A DNA stretch of 64,000 nt from positions 928,001 through 992,000 of the forward strand of contig CAWGAA010000003.1 of NCBI GenBank assembly GCA_963820525.1, read 5' to 3'. The DNA comes from an uncultured Spirochaetota bacterium (GTDB taxonomy: Bacteria; Spirochaetota; Spirochaetia; SZUA-6; Fen-1364). Made by a program: the position numbers and the translations under genes. The notes beneath the pieces are model-generated. The model did no database searches and was not told the DNA's origin. It saw only the letters and a list, made by a program, of their open reading frames with translations. This document shows, in pieces, positions 29,492 to 39,484 of this stretch; the first letter of the stretch is position 1, and every line of letters starts with the position of its first letter.

Positions 29492-32128
29492 GTGGACCTT
29501 TCGGGCTCCGGCCTTCCCCTGGTTCCATACCTTCCCCGGATCAGCTCGACTCTCGAGCGAAGCCGCTGCCTTGTGCTAACGGCCGAGCCCGGCGCGGGAA
29601 AGTCGACCCTCGTCCCTCCGTATCTCATGGAAACCTCCTGGCTGAGTGGCGCAAAGATCGTGATGCTGGAGCCGCGACGGCTTGCCGCGGCCGCGGTTGC
29701 CTCCCGCATTTCCGAGCTGCTGGGCGAGCCGTTGGGACGGCGGGCGGGCTACAGGGTGCGCTCGGCCGCGCACGTGAGCAGCGAGACCCGCATCGAGGTT
29801 GTGACCGAGGCCCTCCTGACGCGGAAGATCCAGGAAGATCCGCTCCTGGAGGGCATCGGCCTCGTCATCTTCGACGAGTTTCACGAGCGCTCAATCCACG
29901 CCGATCTTGCCCTTGCCCTGGCCATCGAGGTGAAGCGGGCGCGGCCGGATCTCGCCCTCCTGGTGATGTCCGCCACCCTCGACCCGGGCCCCGTAGCGTC
30001 TCTTCTCGGCGGCGCTCCCGTGCTCTCCTGTCCGGGGAAGAGCTTTCCCGTGGAGACCCGCTACCGGCCTCCCCGAGGGCGCACGCGATGGGAGGAGGAT
30101 CTGGCGGATGACGTCGCTCTCCTGTTCGACGACACGCAAGGCGATACCCTCGTTTTTCTTCCTGGCGTCGGGGAAATCAACCGGGTGCGCTCGCGCCTGG
30201 AGGAATCCCTCGGCGCCCGCGCCGAGGTGCTCGCACTGCACGGCACACTCTCCCTGGAGGAGCAGCGCAGCGTCATAAAAGGCGAATCGGAGGAGCCGGG
30301 GCACGGCGCGCGACCGGCCGATTCAGACGGAAGCCGCGGCACGAAAGGCGCGCGGGGCGCCGGCGCAACGTTCGACGCACCTGACGCTCAACCACGCAGG
30401 ATCGTGCTTTCCACCTCCATTGCCGAGACGAGCCTGACCGTTCCCGGCGTGCGCGTCGTAGTCGACTCGGGATGGGCCCGGGTTTCGCGTTTCCACCCCG
30501 CGACTGGCCTCGATCGCCTGTTTACAGAAAGGGTGAGCATATCCTCCGCCGACCAGCGCCGAGGGCGGGCGGGCCGCCTCGGTCCGGGGCTGTGCGTGCG
30601 TTTCTGGAGGGAAACAGAGCCCCTGCAGCCCCACGTGCAGCCGGAGATCCTCCGCTCGGATTTGGCGGGCCTGGTGCTGGAGTGCTCGCTGTGGGGCGCG
30701 GCGGAGCCGGACGCCCTGCACTGGCTGGATCCCCCGCCGTCGGCAACATGGCGGCAGGCCTCGGATGTTCTCGGCATGCTCGGCCTGGCGGAAAGAGGCA
30801 GAGTGACGGAGCGGGGCCGTGCTGTGGCGGCCTTGGGCCTTCATCCCCGGCTGGGAATCCTGGCCCTGGAGGGAGCGAAGAGCGGCGCCGCCGGACTGAC
30901 CGCGGCATGCGCCGCAATCCTCTCGGAACGCGACGGCTCCGAGATCGGCAAAGACCCCGATCTTCGCCTCCGCCTGGAGCTGATCCGGCACGGAAGCGGC
31001 GGCCGCCTTTCCTGGCGGAGGCTGATTGAAAAGGAAATGAGGCGCATCCTGTCCAGGATGGCGGGCGCGGGAAAGAATCCGAATCGGGCGGAAAATCGAC
31101 CCCGCGGAACCGCGCAGAATGCCGAACCCGACATTGGCCCTCCATGGCGCTGGACCGAGGACCAGGAGCTGCGAGCGGGAGATCTTCTTGGCGCCGCGTT
31201 TCCCGACAGGATCGCCAGGCGCGAGCCTGACGAAACGTACCGCTTCGTCACGGGTCGCTCGGCCCGTCTTGCTCCGACGTCTTCGCTCGGGGATTGGATC
31301 GTCGCCCCCGAGACCGACGCCGGGGTAAGCCTGGCCACGATAAGGCTGTGCGCGCCGATGGATCGTGCTGCGGCCGAGCGTGCTCTCCAGGGCGTCACGC
31401 GCGAGATCCATGAGATCCGCTGGAGCGGGCTCACGCCGAAGGGATGGAAGGTCCGCCTGGCAGGCCGCCTTGTCCTGGCCGAGACTCGGATAAAGCCCGC
31501 GGCCGAAGAGGTGGCCGCTTCTTTTGGCGAACGCCTGCGGGGCTCGGGAATCGACACCCTTCCCTGGGACGAGAGATCCCGATCTCTGCTGGCCCGAATG
31601 AGATTCTTCGCCCGGCACATTGCCGGATCGGATGATGATCTTATCAGCAGGCTGTCAGTCGAAGGGTTGGCCGGCGGAGACACCCGGTGGCTACTCCCAT
31701 ACGTCGAGCTCTCCGGCGGCCCCGTCCTGACGCCTGACCGTCTTTTGCGAGCTCTGCGCGGGCTCTTGGGCAGGCGGCTCGGCGATCTGGAGAAGAGCGC
31801 TCCTGAAGCGATTGTGCTTCCAACGGGAGGCAGGCGGAAAATCGACTACTCCTCGGACGCCCCGGTGGTAGAAGCGCGGATCCAGGAGGTCTTCGGGCTT
31901 GCCGAAAGCCCCCGCCTCTTGTCGATCCCGATTGCATTCAAGCTCCTCTCCCCCGCCCATCGCCCCCTGCAAATAACGAGCGATCTTGCAAGCTTCTGGA
32001 GAGACGGGTACTCGGAGGTTCGAAAACAGATGCGGGGGCGCTATGCCCGGCATTATTGGCCGGAAGACCCCCTGGCTGCAGAGCCGACCTCGCGGGTCCG
32101 GCCGAAGAAGAAAAAGTCTGGGGAGTGA
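29492..32128 (+). CDS. hrpB: ATP-dependent RNA helicase HrpB
   Basis: AEPGAGKST, EPRRLAA, DEFHERS, MSAT, QRRGRAGR, and HrpB C-terminus (LLSPAHRPLQITSDL...HYWPEDP). Confidence 0.95.
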   Translation: MDLSGSGLPLVPYLPRISSTLERSRCLVLTAEPGAGKSTLVPPYLMETSWLSGAKIVMLEPRRLAAAAVASRISELLGEPLGRRAGYRVRSAAHVSSETRIEVVTEALLTRKIQEDPLLEGIGLVIFDEFHERSIHADLALALAIEVKRARPDLALLVMSATLDPGPVASLLGGAPVLSCPGKSFPVETRYRPPRGRTRWEEDLADDVALLFDDTQGDTLVFLPGVGEINRVRSRLEESLGARAEVLALHGTLSLEEQRSVIKGESEEPGHGARPADSDGSRGTKGARGAGATFDAPDAQPRRIVLSTSIAETSLTVPGVRVVVDSGWARVSRFHPATGLDRLFTERVSISSADQRRGRAGRLGPGLCVRFWRETEPLQPHVQPEILRSDLAGLVLECSLWGAAEPDALHWLDPPPSATWRQASDVLGMLGLAERGRVTERGRAVAALGLHPRLGILALEGAKSGAAGLTAACAAILSERDGSEIGKDPDLRLRLELIRHGSGGRLSWRRLIEKEMRRILSRMAGAGKNPNRAENRPRGTAQNAEPDIGPPWRWTEDQELRAGDLLGAAFPDRIARREPDETYRFVTGRSARLAPTSSLGDWIVAPETDAGVSLATIRLCAPMDRAAAERALQGVTREIHEIRWSGLTPKGWKVRLAGRLVLAETRIKPAAEEVAASFGERLRGSGIDTLPWDERSRSLLARMRFFARHIAGSDDDLISRLSVEGLAGGDTRWLLPYVELSGGPVLTPDRLLRALRGLLGRRLGDLEKSAPEAIVLPTGGRRKIDYSSDAPVVEARIQEVFGLAESPRLLSIPIAFKLLSPAHRPLQITSDLASFWRDGYSEVRKQMRGRYARHYWPEDPLAAEPTSRVRPKKKKSGE

Positions 32129-32135
32129 GCGGCCT

Positions 32136-32516
32136 TCAGGTGGCCTGGATCTGGACCGCCGGTCTTGGGATGCCGCAGCCCACGCACTTCTGGTCCCAGC
32201 TCGTGTTTCGCACTCCGCACTGCGGGCACTGCCACTGCTGCTGCGCTACCGATGTGATGCCTTCCGGCATCTTGTCCGGGAGGCCTTTGACGCGAAGATA
32301 CACAATAATGGCGGAAGCGATTGCACAGAGCAGCCCCACGACGTAGCCCGGAATGGGGTCTTCGAAGAGCATGATGCCGATGATGACGCCGACAACCTCG
32401 GCACCGAACCAGAGCAGGACGGCCAGGGCGCGGTATCCACCGGGCTTGTAGCCCTTGTCCTGTACGATCTTGCCGATCTTCTTGGAAAAGAAAAGGAGCC
32501 AGAAAATCTCCAGCAT
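32136..32516 (-). CDS. Small membrane protein with C-terminal RanBP2-type zinc finger
   Basis: Two to three hydrophobic segments; WQCPQCGVRNTSWDQKCVGC. Confidence 0.75.
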   Translation of the reverse strand: MLEIFWLLFFSKKIGKIVQDKGYKPGGYRALAVLLWFGAEVVGVIIGIMLFEDPIPGYVVGLLCAIASAIIVYLRVKGLPDKMPEGITSVAQQQWQCPQCGVRNTSWDQKCVGCGIPRPAVQIQAT

Positions 32517-32714
32517 GAAGCCTACCCCCTTTTCCGATGCAAAGAACTATAGCACCGAGGAAGACAGTCATCCGGGAGCCCGTTGAGATCGACGAACACT
32601 CACGTGGCGTCAGGGCGGGCCACGCCATGCTTACGCAGGGGCGCATGATGCTGGCCGGCGGGCGCCTGAAGGTGCGGCGGATAACAGGGGGCTTTTTTCA
32701 TCCGAGATTTGCGC

Positions 32715-32772
32715 TTGACAGGATTACAATGACCATATAATATCAGGTCATCATGTCATTATAATGTCATGA
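32715..32772 (+). promoter_or_regulatory. Promoter of the deoC operon with probable GntR operator
   Basis: TTGACA 32715-32720, TATAAT/TAATAT 32736-32743, near-palindrome TCATGTCATTATAATGTCATGA at 32751-32772. Confidence 0.7.
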
Positions 32773-32818
32773 TCTAGCTTGAACGCTTCCTTTCGATTTT
32801 GGAAGCGGGCGGAGGACG

Positions 32819-33508
32819 GTGATGGAGTATGCGCCAAGAGATATAGCGAAAATGATCGATCATTCTCTCCTTCGTCCGAACCTGACTGTCCAGGACATTA
32901 TCCATGGGTGCGAGATCTCCAGGAAGTACGACGTTGCGGCCGTCTGCTGCGCGCCTTCGGATGTCGGGATGGTCAAGAAACAGCTCGCCGGCAGCGACGT
33001 GAAGATCGCCGTGGTGGTCGGTTTTCCCCATGGGTATTGCACCACCGCCACCAAGGTCTTCGAGGCGGGGCAGGCCATCGCGGACGGCTGCCACGAGATC
33101 GACATGGTTCTGCATATCGGCAGGCTCTTGAGCGGCGATTACACGTACGTGAGATCCGACATCAAGGCGGTGGTCGATGCGGCTCACCCCCACGGTGTTC
33201 TCGTGAAGGTCATTCTCGAAAACGCCTACCTCACCAACGAGCAGAAGAGAGCCGGATGCGGACTTTGTGAGGAGGCGGGAGCGGACTTCGTGAAAACTTC
33301 GACGGGTTTCGCGAAAAGCGGGGCGACGATCGACGACCTGATTCTCATGAAGAACTCGGTATCCGCGAAGGTCCAGGTCAAAGCGGCCGGTGGGGTGAGA
33401 GACCTGGACACGGCACTCAAGGTCAGGGAAGTCGGGATAACGCGCTTCGGCGCGACCGCGACCGAAGCGATCATGGAAGAGGCATATCGTAGGAAGGGCA
33501 GGAAATGA
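32819..33508 (+). CDS. deoC: Deoxyribose-phosphate aldolase
   Basis: IDHSLL, VVGFPHG, EIDMV, KVILE, FVKTSTGF (Schiff-base Lys), VKAAGGVR. Confidence 0.95.
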   Translation: MMEYAPRDIAKMIDHSLLRPNLTVQDIIHGCEISRKYDVAAVCCAPSDVGMVKKQLAGSDVKIAVVVGFPHGYCTTATKVFEAGQAIADGCHEIDMVLHIGRLLSGDYTYVRSDIKAVVDAAHPHGVLVKVILENAYLTNEQKRAGCGLCEEAGADFVKTSTGFAKSGATIDDLILMKNSVSAKVQVKAAGGVRDLDTALKVREVGITRFGATATEAIMEEAYRRKGRK

Positions 33509-33548
33509 GAAACGAGAGCTTAACTCTTGGAGGAGCAAGGAGAGAACT

Positions 33549-35669
33549 ATGAGCGAGACGAAGTATCCCAATCTGTTCAGCCCGATCCGTATCGGGAGCT
33601 TCGAGGTGGCGAACCGGGTCTGTCACGTCCCAACCGACATCTCCTCGGCGAACGCGGACGGATCGGTGAATCAGCGGGTCGTCACGTACCACGAGGAGGT
33701 CGCCAAGGGGGGCTGCGGTTTTATCATTGTCGGCGCCTCGACACCGGACAGGAAGAGCGGGCGCCCCACAGTGACCTGCATCGCCGTGGACGAGGATCCC
33801 CTGATCCCCGGCCTCGCCGAGCTTGCGGAGGGAATGCACCGCCACGGGGCAAAGTGCGCCGTGCAGATCCAGCATCCGGGGCGCCAGGCAGCCTGGCCTC
33901 GCAAGGACCTGATCTCCGCCACCGACATGGTGGTGGACATCCCGGGGTCGGCGGGCCACGAAGTGGTCTACGCCGAAGGCCAGGTTCACGGCAAATCCAT
34001 CCGCGCAATGAGCATTGAAGAAATCTACGACCTTATCGAGAAGTTCGCGGAAGGGGCGTGGCGGGTGCAGGAGGCCGGCTTCGACGCCGTGGAGCTTCAC
34101 GGGGCCCATGGGTATCTCATCGCCCAGTTCATGAGCCCCTACGTGAACAAAAGGCACGACCGTTTCGGCGGGAGCTTCATGGGGCGCATGCGCTTCCCCT
34201 TGGAAATCATCGCGGCCATCCATCACAAGTGCGGCTCCGCTTTCCCCGTGGGCATCCGGTATTCGGGGGAGGAATGGATCGAGGGAGGCCGCAAGCTCGA
34301 GGAAAGCGTGCGCGCGGCGAAGCTCTTCGAGGAGCACGGGGTGTCCTTCCTGGACATCAGCGCGGGCATCTTCGAAGTGCCCGGTCCCACCATGGACCCG
34401 ATGTACTATCCGCAGGGTTGGAACACCTACACCGCGGAGGAGATCAAGAAGCACGTGAAGGTTCCCGTGATCACCAGCCATACGCTGCGCGATCCAGACT
34501 ACTGCGAACGGATCCTCGCCGAGGGGAAAGCCGACATGATCGGGCTCTCCCGCCAGCTCATTGCTGACCCGTATTGGGCCAACAAGGCCAGGGCGGGAAA
34601 GAAGGAGGAGATCCGTAAATGCATTTCCTGCCTTGTCGGCTGCTGGCAGGAATCCCTCATGATCAAGCGCCATATGCGCTGCACCATCAATCCCGCAATC
34701 GGGGACGAGCGCTTCATCCATTTCGGTCCCGCGGCGAGCAAATACAACGTGGCCGTCGTGGGCGGAGGTCCGGCGGGACTGGAAGCCGCGCGGATCGCCA
34801 CCCTCAGGGGTCACACGGTCGCCGTGTTCGAGAAAAGCGGCGAGCTCGGTGGCGCGGTGCTCATGTGCTGCACCGTCCATGGGAAGAACAAGATGCGCTG
34901 GTACGCGGACTGGCTCCGCGAGCAGATCGCCAAGCTCGGCGTGGAGGTGAAGCTCAACAGCGTGCCGAAACCGGCGGAGCTCAAGAAGTACGACGCTGTG
35001 CTCGTTGCCGTGGGTGCCGCGGTAGCCAGACCCAAAGTCCCGGGCATCGACTCGGAGAGGGTCTGCACCTTCGAGGATATCCTTCGCTGCAAGATGAAGA
35101 GCTGCGAGTATTGGCCGGAGGGAGGCAAGGAGGCGCCTGTCGAGGTGGGGGACACGGTCCTTATCTGGGGCGATCACTTCGGTGCCGCTGATGCCGCCGA
35201 AAAACTGGCGGGCGACGGGAAGAAAGCCTCCATCGTCACAGAGAATCGCGAGTTCGCGGCCTGGATGGAGCCGTGCCACAGAGACGTGCTCGTGAAGCGC
35301 TTCAATGGCGGAAACGGAGAGGGGCTCACCAGCAAGACTTTCACCCATCCGGTGACCATCATCGCAAGCTCCTCCGTTCTCCAGATCGGGAAAGACGGAG
35401 AGGTGACGCTCGTGAACAACAAGTTCGAGCGCTCCATCCTCAAGGTGGACAACGTCGTGCTCGCCACCATGGTGGCGGATGACACGCTGTACCGCGCGTA
35501 TCGGGAGGCCGGGCTGGTCGTGACCAGGATCGGCGACGCCAAGAAAGTGCGTAATCTCCGCGGCGCCGTGACCGACGGTGCAAACATCGCCCTGACGCTG
35601 GACGGGGACCTGCAGGTCAACGCGAACGCGGAGATCATCGCGAATCTGCCCACGGGCATAAAACTTTGA
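33549..35669 (+). CDS. NADH:flavin oxidoreductase (OYE barrel + 4Fe-4S + FAD/NAD domain)
   Basis: ELHGAHGYL, CISCLVGC...C cluster motif, GGGPAGLEAA, IGDAK. Confidence 0.92.
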   Translation: MSETKYPNLFSPIRIGSFEVANRVCHVPTDISSANADGSVNQRVVTYHEEVAKGGCGFIIVGASTPDRKSGRPTVTCIAVDEDPLIPGLAELAEGMHRHGAKCAVQIQHPGRQAAWPRKDLISATDMVVDIPGSAGHEVVYAEGQVHGKSIRAMSIEEIYDLIEKFAEGAWRVQEAGFDAVELHGAHGYLIAQFMSPYVNKRHDRFGGSFMGRMRFPLEIIAAIHHKCGSAFPVGIRYSGEEWIEGGRKLEESVRAAKLFEEHGVSFLDISAGIFEVPGPTMDPMYYPQGWNTYTAEEIKKHVKVPVITSHTLRDPDYCERILAEGKADMIGLSRQLIADPYWANKARAGKKEEIRKCISCLVGCWQESLMIKRHMRCTINPAIGDERFIHFGPAASKYNVAVVGGGPAGLEAARIATLRGHTVAVFEKSGELGGAVLMCCTVHGKNKMRWYADWLREQIAKLGVEVKLNSVPKPAELKKYDAVLVAVGAAVARPKVPGIDSERVCTFEDILRCKMKSCEYWPEGGKEAPVEVGDTVLIWGDHFGAADAAEKLAGDGKKASIVTENREFAAWMEPCHRDVLVKRFNGGNGEGLTSKTFTHPVTIIASSSVLQIGKDGEVTLVNNKFERSILKVDNVVLATMVADDTLYRAYREAGLVVTRIGDAKKVRNLRGAVTDGANIALTLDGDLQVNANAEIIANLPTGIKL

Positions 35670-35800
35670 CGTCGGAATCGCACGGAAGGGAGGGAGAGAC
35701 CCCTTCCTTGCGAACGCACCCGGCGGAGGGGAAGGAGGTGATCGAAGGATTCATGGACGGTGAAAAGAAAAAAGTAAAAAAACCATTTCAAGGAGGCACT

Positions 35801-36847
35801 ATGATGAAGACGAAGGTCTTCAAGTTTCTCTGCGTTGCTACGGTACTGATGCTCGCATTCACTCTGTCTCTGAGCGCGGCGCCGAAAAAGCCGGTTGTCG
35901 GGATCACCACCGGCTCTTCGGGCACTTCCTGGCGAAACATCATGATCGCCGCGTTGGAAACCGTCGGTAAAGAGTACAAAACCGCGGGAAAGATCGCGGA
36001 CTACAAGATCGTGAACAACGTCACCAACGGGGACGCAACCGAGCAGGCGAATATAATTCGTGATTTCACATCCCAGGGCGTCAATATCATCCTGGTCAAC
36101 CCCAACTCCCCGGACGCGCTGAACGGCGTCATCAAGGAGGCGCAGGCCGCGGGTATTCTGGTCGTCTCCTTCGACGCCACCGTAACCGCTCCCAATGTCC
36201 TGAACGTCACCCTTGACCACTATGCCTGGAACCTGAAGAACGCCGAGTTCATCTGCTCGACGCTGAAAAGCGGTAACGCCATTCAGATATATGGCCTCGA
36301 TGGACATCCCGCAAACAACGACCGCATCAGGGCCACGGCGGATGTTCTCAAGAAATATCCCAACATCAAGTTGATCGCCAACACCACCGGGTATTGGGAC
36401 CAGACCAAGGCGAAGGAAGTCGCTTCGCAGATCATCGGCTCCGGCCAGAGGATCGACGCCGTGTTCACGCAGGACGGCGAGGCGTACGGCGTTCTCTCCG
36501 CATTCCTCGATGCCAACAAGCTGCCCAAGGTCATGTTCGGGGACCCGGGCACCGCTTTCTTCAAGGAGTGGAAGAAGCTTCGTGACGCGAAGGCCAACTT
36601 CAAGGCCTGCGCCCAGCCAAACCCTCCCGGTATCAGCGGAACCGCGTTCCGTATGGCTTTGGATCTGTACAACGACAAGGCGTTCAAGGCGGGGGTCTTG
36701 AAGAACAACACGTATTTCTACAAAGTTGGCATGTTCATAACCGACGCGAACTTCGACGAGGGCTGGGCCCTGTTGAAGGACAAACCGGACGACTACCTCC
36801 TGAGCGAGATCATGCCTCAGGATAAGGTGGACGCGCTGTTCAAGTAA
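35801..36847 (+). CDS. Sugar ABC transporter substrate-binding protein (ribose-like class)
   Basis: Signal peptide; QGVNIILVNP...AGILVVSFD; AAGGAGG RBS. Confidence 0.92.
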   Translation: MMKTKVFKFLCVATVLMLAFTLSLSAAPKKPVVGITTGSSGTSWRNIMIAALETVGKEYKTAGKIADYKIVNNVTNGDATEQANIIRDFTSQGVNIILVNPNSPDALNGVIKEAQAAGILVVSFDATVTAPNVLNVTLDHYAWNLKNAEFICSTLKSGNAIQIYGLDGHPANNDRIRATADVLKKYPNIKLIANTTGYWDQTKAKEVASQIIGSGQRIDAVFTQDGEAYGVLSAFLDANKLPKVMFGDPGTAFFKEWKKLRDAKANFKACAQPNPPGISGTAFRMALDLYNDKAFKAGVLKNNTYFYKVGMFITDANFDEGWALLKDKPDDYLLSEIMPQDKVDALFK

Positions 36848-36887
36848 TGGCGGTCTCTGACCGGTTGGTCGGATCGAATCGGCATCC

Positions 36888-36921
36888 AGGAGGCAGGCGC
36901 GTCCTGCCTCCTATTCTCTTT
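36888..36921 (+). terminator. Intercistronic stem-loop after the binding-protein gene
   Basis: AGGAGGCAGG-cgcgt-CCTGCCTCCT 10-bp stem followed by attctcttt. Confidence 0.6.
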
Positions 36922-36935
36922 ATCTCGATGGATGG

Positions 36936-38438
36936 GTGAGCGCGGTGAAGGTCCTGGAAGCAACGGGGATAAAGAAATGTTTCGGGGGAGTCGTGGCTCT
37001 CTCCAACGGAAACCTTGTCTGCCAGAGAGGCAGGATAACCGGTTTGCTGGGGGCCAACGGTTCGGGGAAAAGCACCATATCCAAGATAATCACCGGAGTG
37101 TACGCCGCGGATGCCGGAGAGATAAAGTACAACAGCAGACCCGTGCGATATCGCAATCCCTACGAGGCCAGGAAAGACGGGATCGCGATGGTTTATCAGA
37201 ACCTGAGCCTGGTGGCGGACCTCACCGTGTGGCAGAATATCGTGCTGGGGGCGGAAGAGCAGAAAGGCCTTTTTCTGAACAACACAAACGCGAAGAGGAT
37301 CGCGAAGGAGATCGTCGATCAGCTTCTTCCCGACCTGGATATGAGGAAAATGGTCACCGAGCTCAGCCCGGGGGAGATGCAGATTGTCGAGATCGCCAAA
37401 GCGATTTCGGCCGAGCCGAAGCTGCTCATCCTCGACGAGCCGACGTCGGCGCTTGAAAAAACCCAGGTGAAGAGCCTCTTCCGCTACCTGAGGCTGCTCG
37501 TGGAGAAGGGCGTCGCAATCAATTTCACCTCTCACAGGCTCTGGGAGGTGATGGAAATATGCGACGACGTCATCGTATTCAGGAACGGCGAAAATGTCGG
37601 GAACATCGACTTCGAGAAAGACGGCAGGGACCCGCAGAAGATCGTGAGCTTCATCACCGGGGACACTCCGAAGGTGAAGGTGAAGAATCATCGAAGGGCG
37701 CCGACCGCAGAGATCGTCTTGAGCATACACGGGCTGAGCTACGGGAAGTTCCTGAAGGACGTGTCGTTCGACTTGAAGAAAGGCGAGATCCTCGGCGTTG
37801 GGGGGCTCGCGGGGCAGGGTCAGCGCGAGCTCATGCTCGCCCTCGCGGGCTATTATCGCGGCGCGAGCGGAGGCGCGGAGCTGAAGGGCAGGAAGATCAA
37901 GCTCACCCGCCCCGCGAACGCGATCCGAAACAGCATGCTTCTGGTCCCCGGGGACAGGCAGCTCGAGGGCCTTTTCCTGAAGCTCTCCGTATTCATCAAT
38001 ATGATCTTCCCCAAGCTGGCCCTCCCGCGCCAGCCGGTTTTTACGCCGACCGGCAAATACCGCGCGGAATGCGAGCGCGTAATCGACATGCTCTCCATAA
38101 AGGCGGGGCACCTGGACGCGCCGGTGAGCACCCTGTCGGGCGGCAACCAGCAGAAGGTGGTCGTGGGAAAGTGGCTTTCGTTCGACACCGCCGTCCTTCT
38201 GCTCGCGGACCCCGCCAAGGGCGTCGATGTGGGGGCAAAGAGGGACTTGTACGAGTACATCGTGAATCAGGTGAAAGAAAAACGTATGAGCGTCGTGCTC
38301 TACGCGAGCGACAACGAAGAATTGATAGAATACTGCGACAGGCTCCTGATAATGTACGAGGGTCAGATCGTCTCCACCCTGGAAGGGGACGACATCAACG
38401 AAGACGCGATTGTCGCCACTTCGATGCGCGTGAGGTAG
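36936..38438 (+). CDS. Sugar ABC transporter ATP-binding protein (two domains, RbsA-like)
   Basis: GANGSGKS, LDEPT, LSGGNQQKV. Confidence 0.95.
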   Translation: MSAVKVLEATGIKKCFGGVVALSNGNLVCQRGRITGLLGANGSGKSTISKIITGVYAADAGEIKYNSRPVRYRNPYEARKDGIAMVYQNLSLVADLTVWQNIVLGAEEQKGLFLNNTNAKRIAKEIVDQLLPDLDMRKMVTELSPGEMQIVEIAKAISAEPKLLILDEPTSALEKTQVKSLFRYLRLLVEKGVAINFTSHRLWEVMEICDDVIVFRNGENVGNIDFEKDGRDPQKIVSFITGDTPKVKVKNHRRAPTAEIVLSIHGLSYGKFLKDVSFDLKKGEILGVGGLAGQGQRELMLALAGYYRGASGGAELKGRKIKLTRPANAIRNSMLLVPGDRQLEGLFLKLSVFINMIFPKLALPRQPVFTPTGKYRAECERVIDMLSIKAGHLDAPVSTLSGGNQQKVVVGKWLSFDTAVLLLADPAKGVDVGAKRDLYEYIVNQVKEKRMSVVLYASDNEELIEYCDRLLIMYEGQIVSTLEGDDINEDAIVATSMRVR

Positions 38439-38453
38439 ACGGGTGGAAAGAGC

Positions 38454-39484
38454 ATGATTGGCAAGAATGTGCACGATTCAGCCGTTCGAAAGTTTATCGC
38501 AAGGCCGGAGTTCTCCAGTCTTCTCATCCTGGCGGTGATGTTCACGATCACCGCGGTCTTGCAGAAAAACTTCTTCGATCCCAGATCCATTGTGAGGAAC
38601 ATCAACGCTTTCACTCCGTTGATACTCCTCACGATGGCGCAAGCGGTGGTGATCCTGTCGGGCGCGATCGACCTTTCCTCGGGCCCGGCCCTTTCCCTTC
38701 TCACATGCGTTCTGACCACCGTCATGAAGAGGGACAACCCGGCGACCGGGCTTCTTGCGCTCGCCATGGCGCTCGCCGTGGCCGTCATGGTCGGCATCAT
38801 CAACGGCGTGGGAATCGGCTACCTGAGGATTCCTCCCGTTATCGTCACCTTCGCCACGTCCTTCGTATGGCTGGGCGCCGGGCTGTTCCTGCGGCCGACC
38901 CCCGGCGGGGAGGCGGTCGACTGGTTCAAGGGGTTCTACGACTTCGGCGCGATGGAGGGGGCGTCGCCGGCTCTGGCCGCGTTCGGCGGAGCTCTCCCCC
39001 CGCCTTGATCCTTGTTCTCATCGGATGCGTTTTCTGGCTCGTGATCAGCGGGACGAGGACGGGAAGGTACATCTACGCGGTCGGAAGCAACAACGAGAGC
39101 GCGTATGAGAGCGGAATCGATACCGCCAAGGTGCAGATGAAGGCCTGCATCGTGAGTTCGGTTTTCATATTCCTCGCGGCCCTGTTCTTCGTGGGTCAGA
39201 ACCAGTCCGGTGACGCAAGAATGGGGGATCCGCTCACGCTGCGGGCGATCGCGGCGGCGGTTGTCGGGGGGATCGCGCTCACCGGCGGACGGGGCAGCGT
39301 GTACTTCGCGCTCGTCGGTGCGCTGATCTTGAGCTTCGTGAACAAGATCATATTCTTCGCGAATATCCCCTACGCGTACCAGACGCTCGTCGGCGGAGTG
39401 ATCGTCATCATCGCCATCGCGAGCTCCCAGGGGTACACCCTGTACAGCAGAAAGGCCATGGCGGCGGAGAGCAGACTCTCATGA
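38454..39484 (+). CDS. Sugar ABC permease, frameshifted as assembled
   Basis: IDLSSG, GRYIYAVGSN, AAAVVGG. The halves join if the C6 run at 38996-39001 is C7. Confidence 0.88.

Noticed and set aside
30280..31140. Inteins in HrpB at two insertions
   Set aside because: Both are short (~30 aa) low-complexity loops with no intein terminal motifs.
32819..33508. Standard deoCABD nucleoside-salvage operon
   Set aside because: No phosphorylase or phosphopentomutase genes are adjacent.
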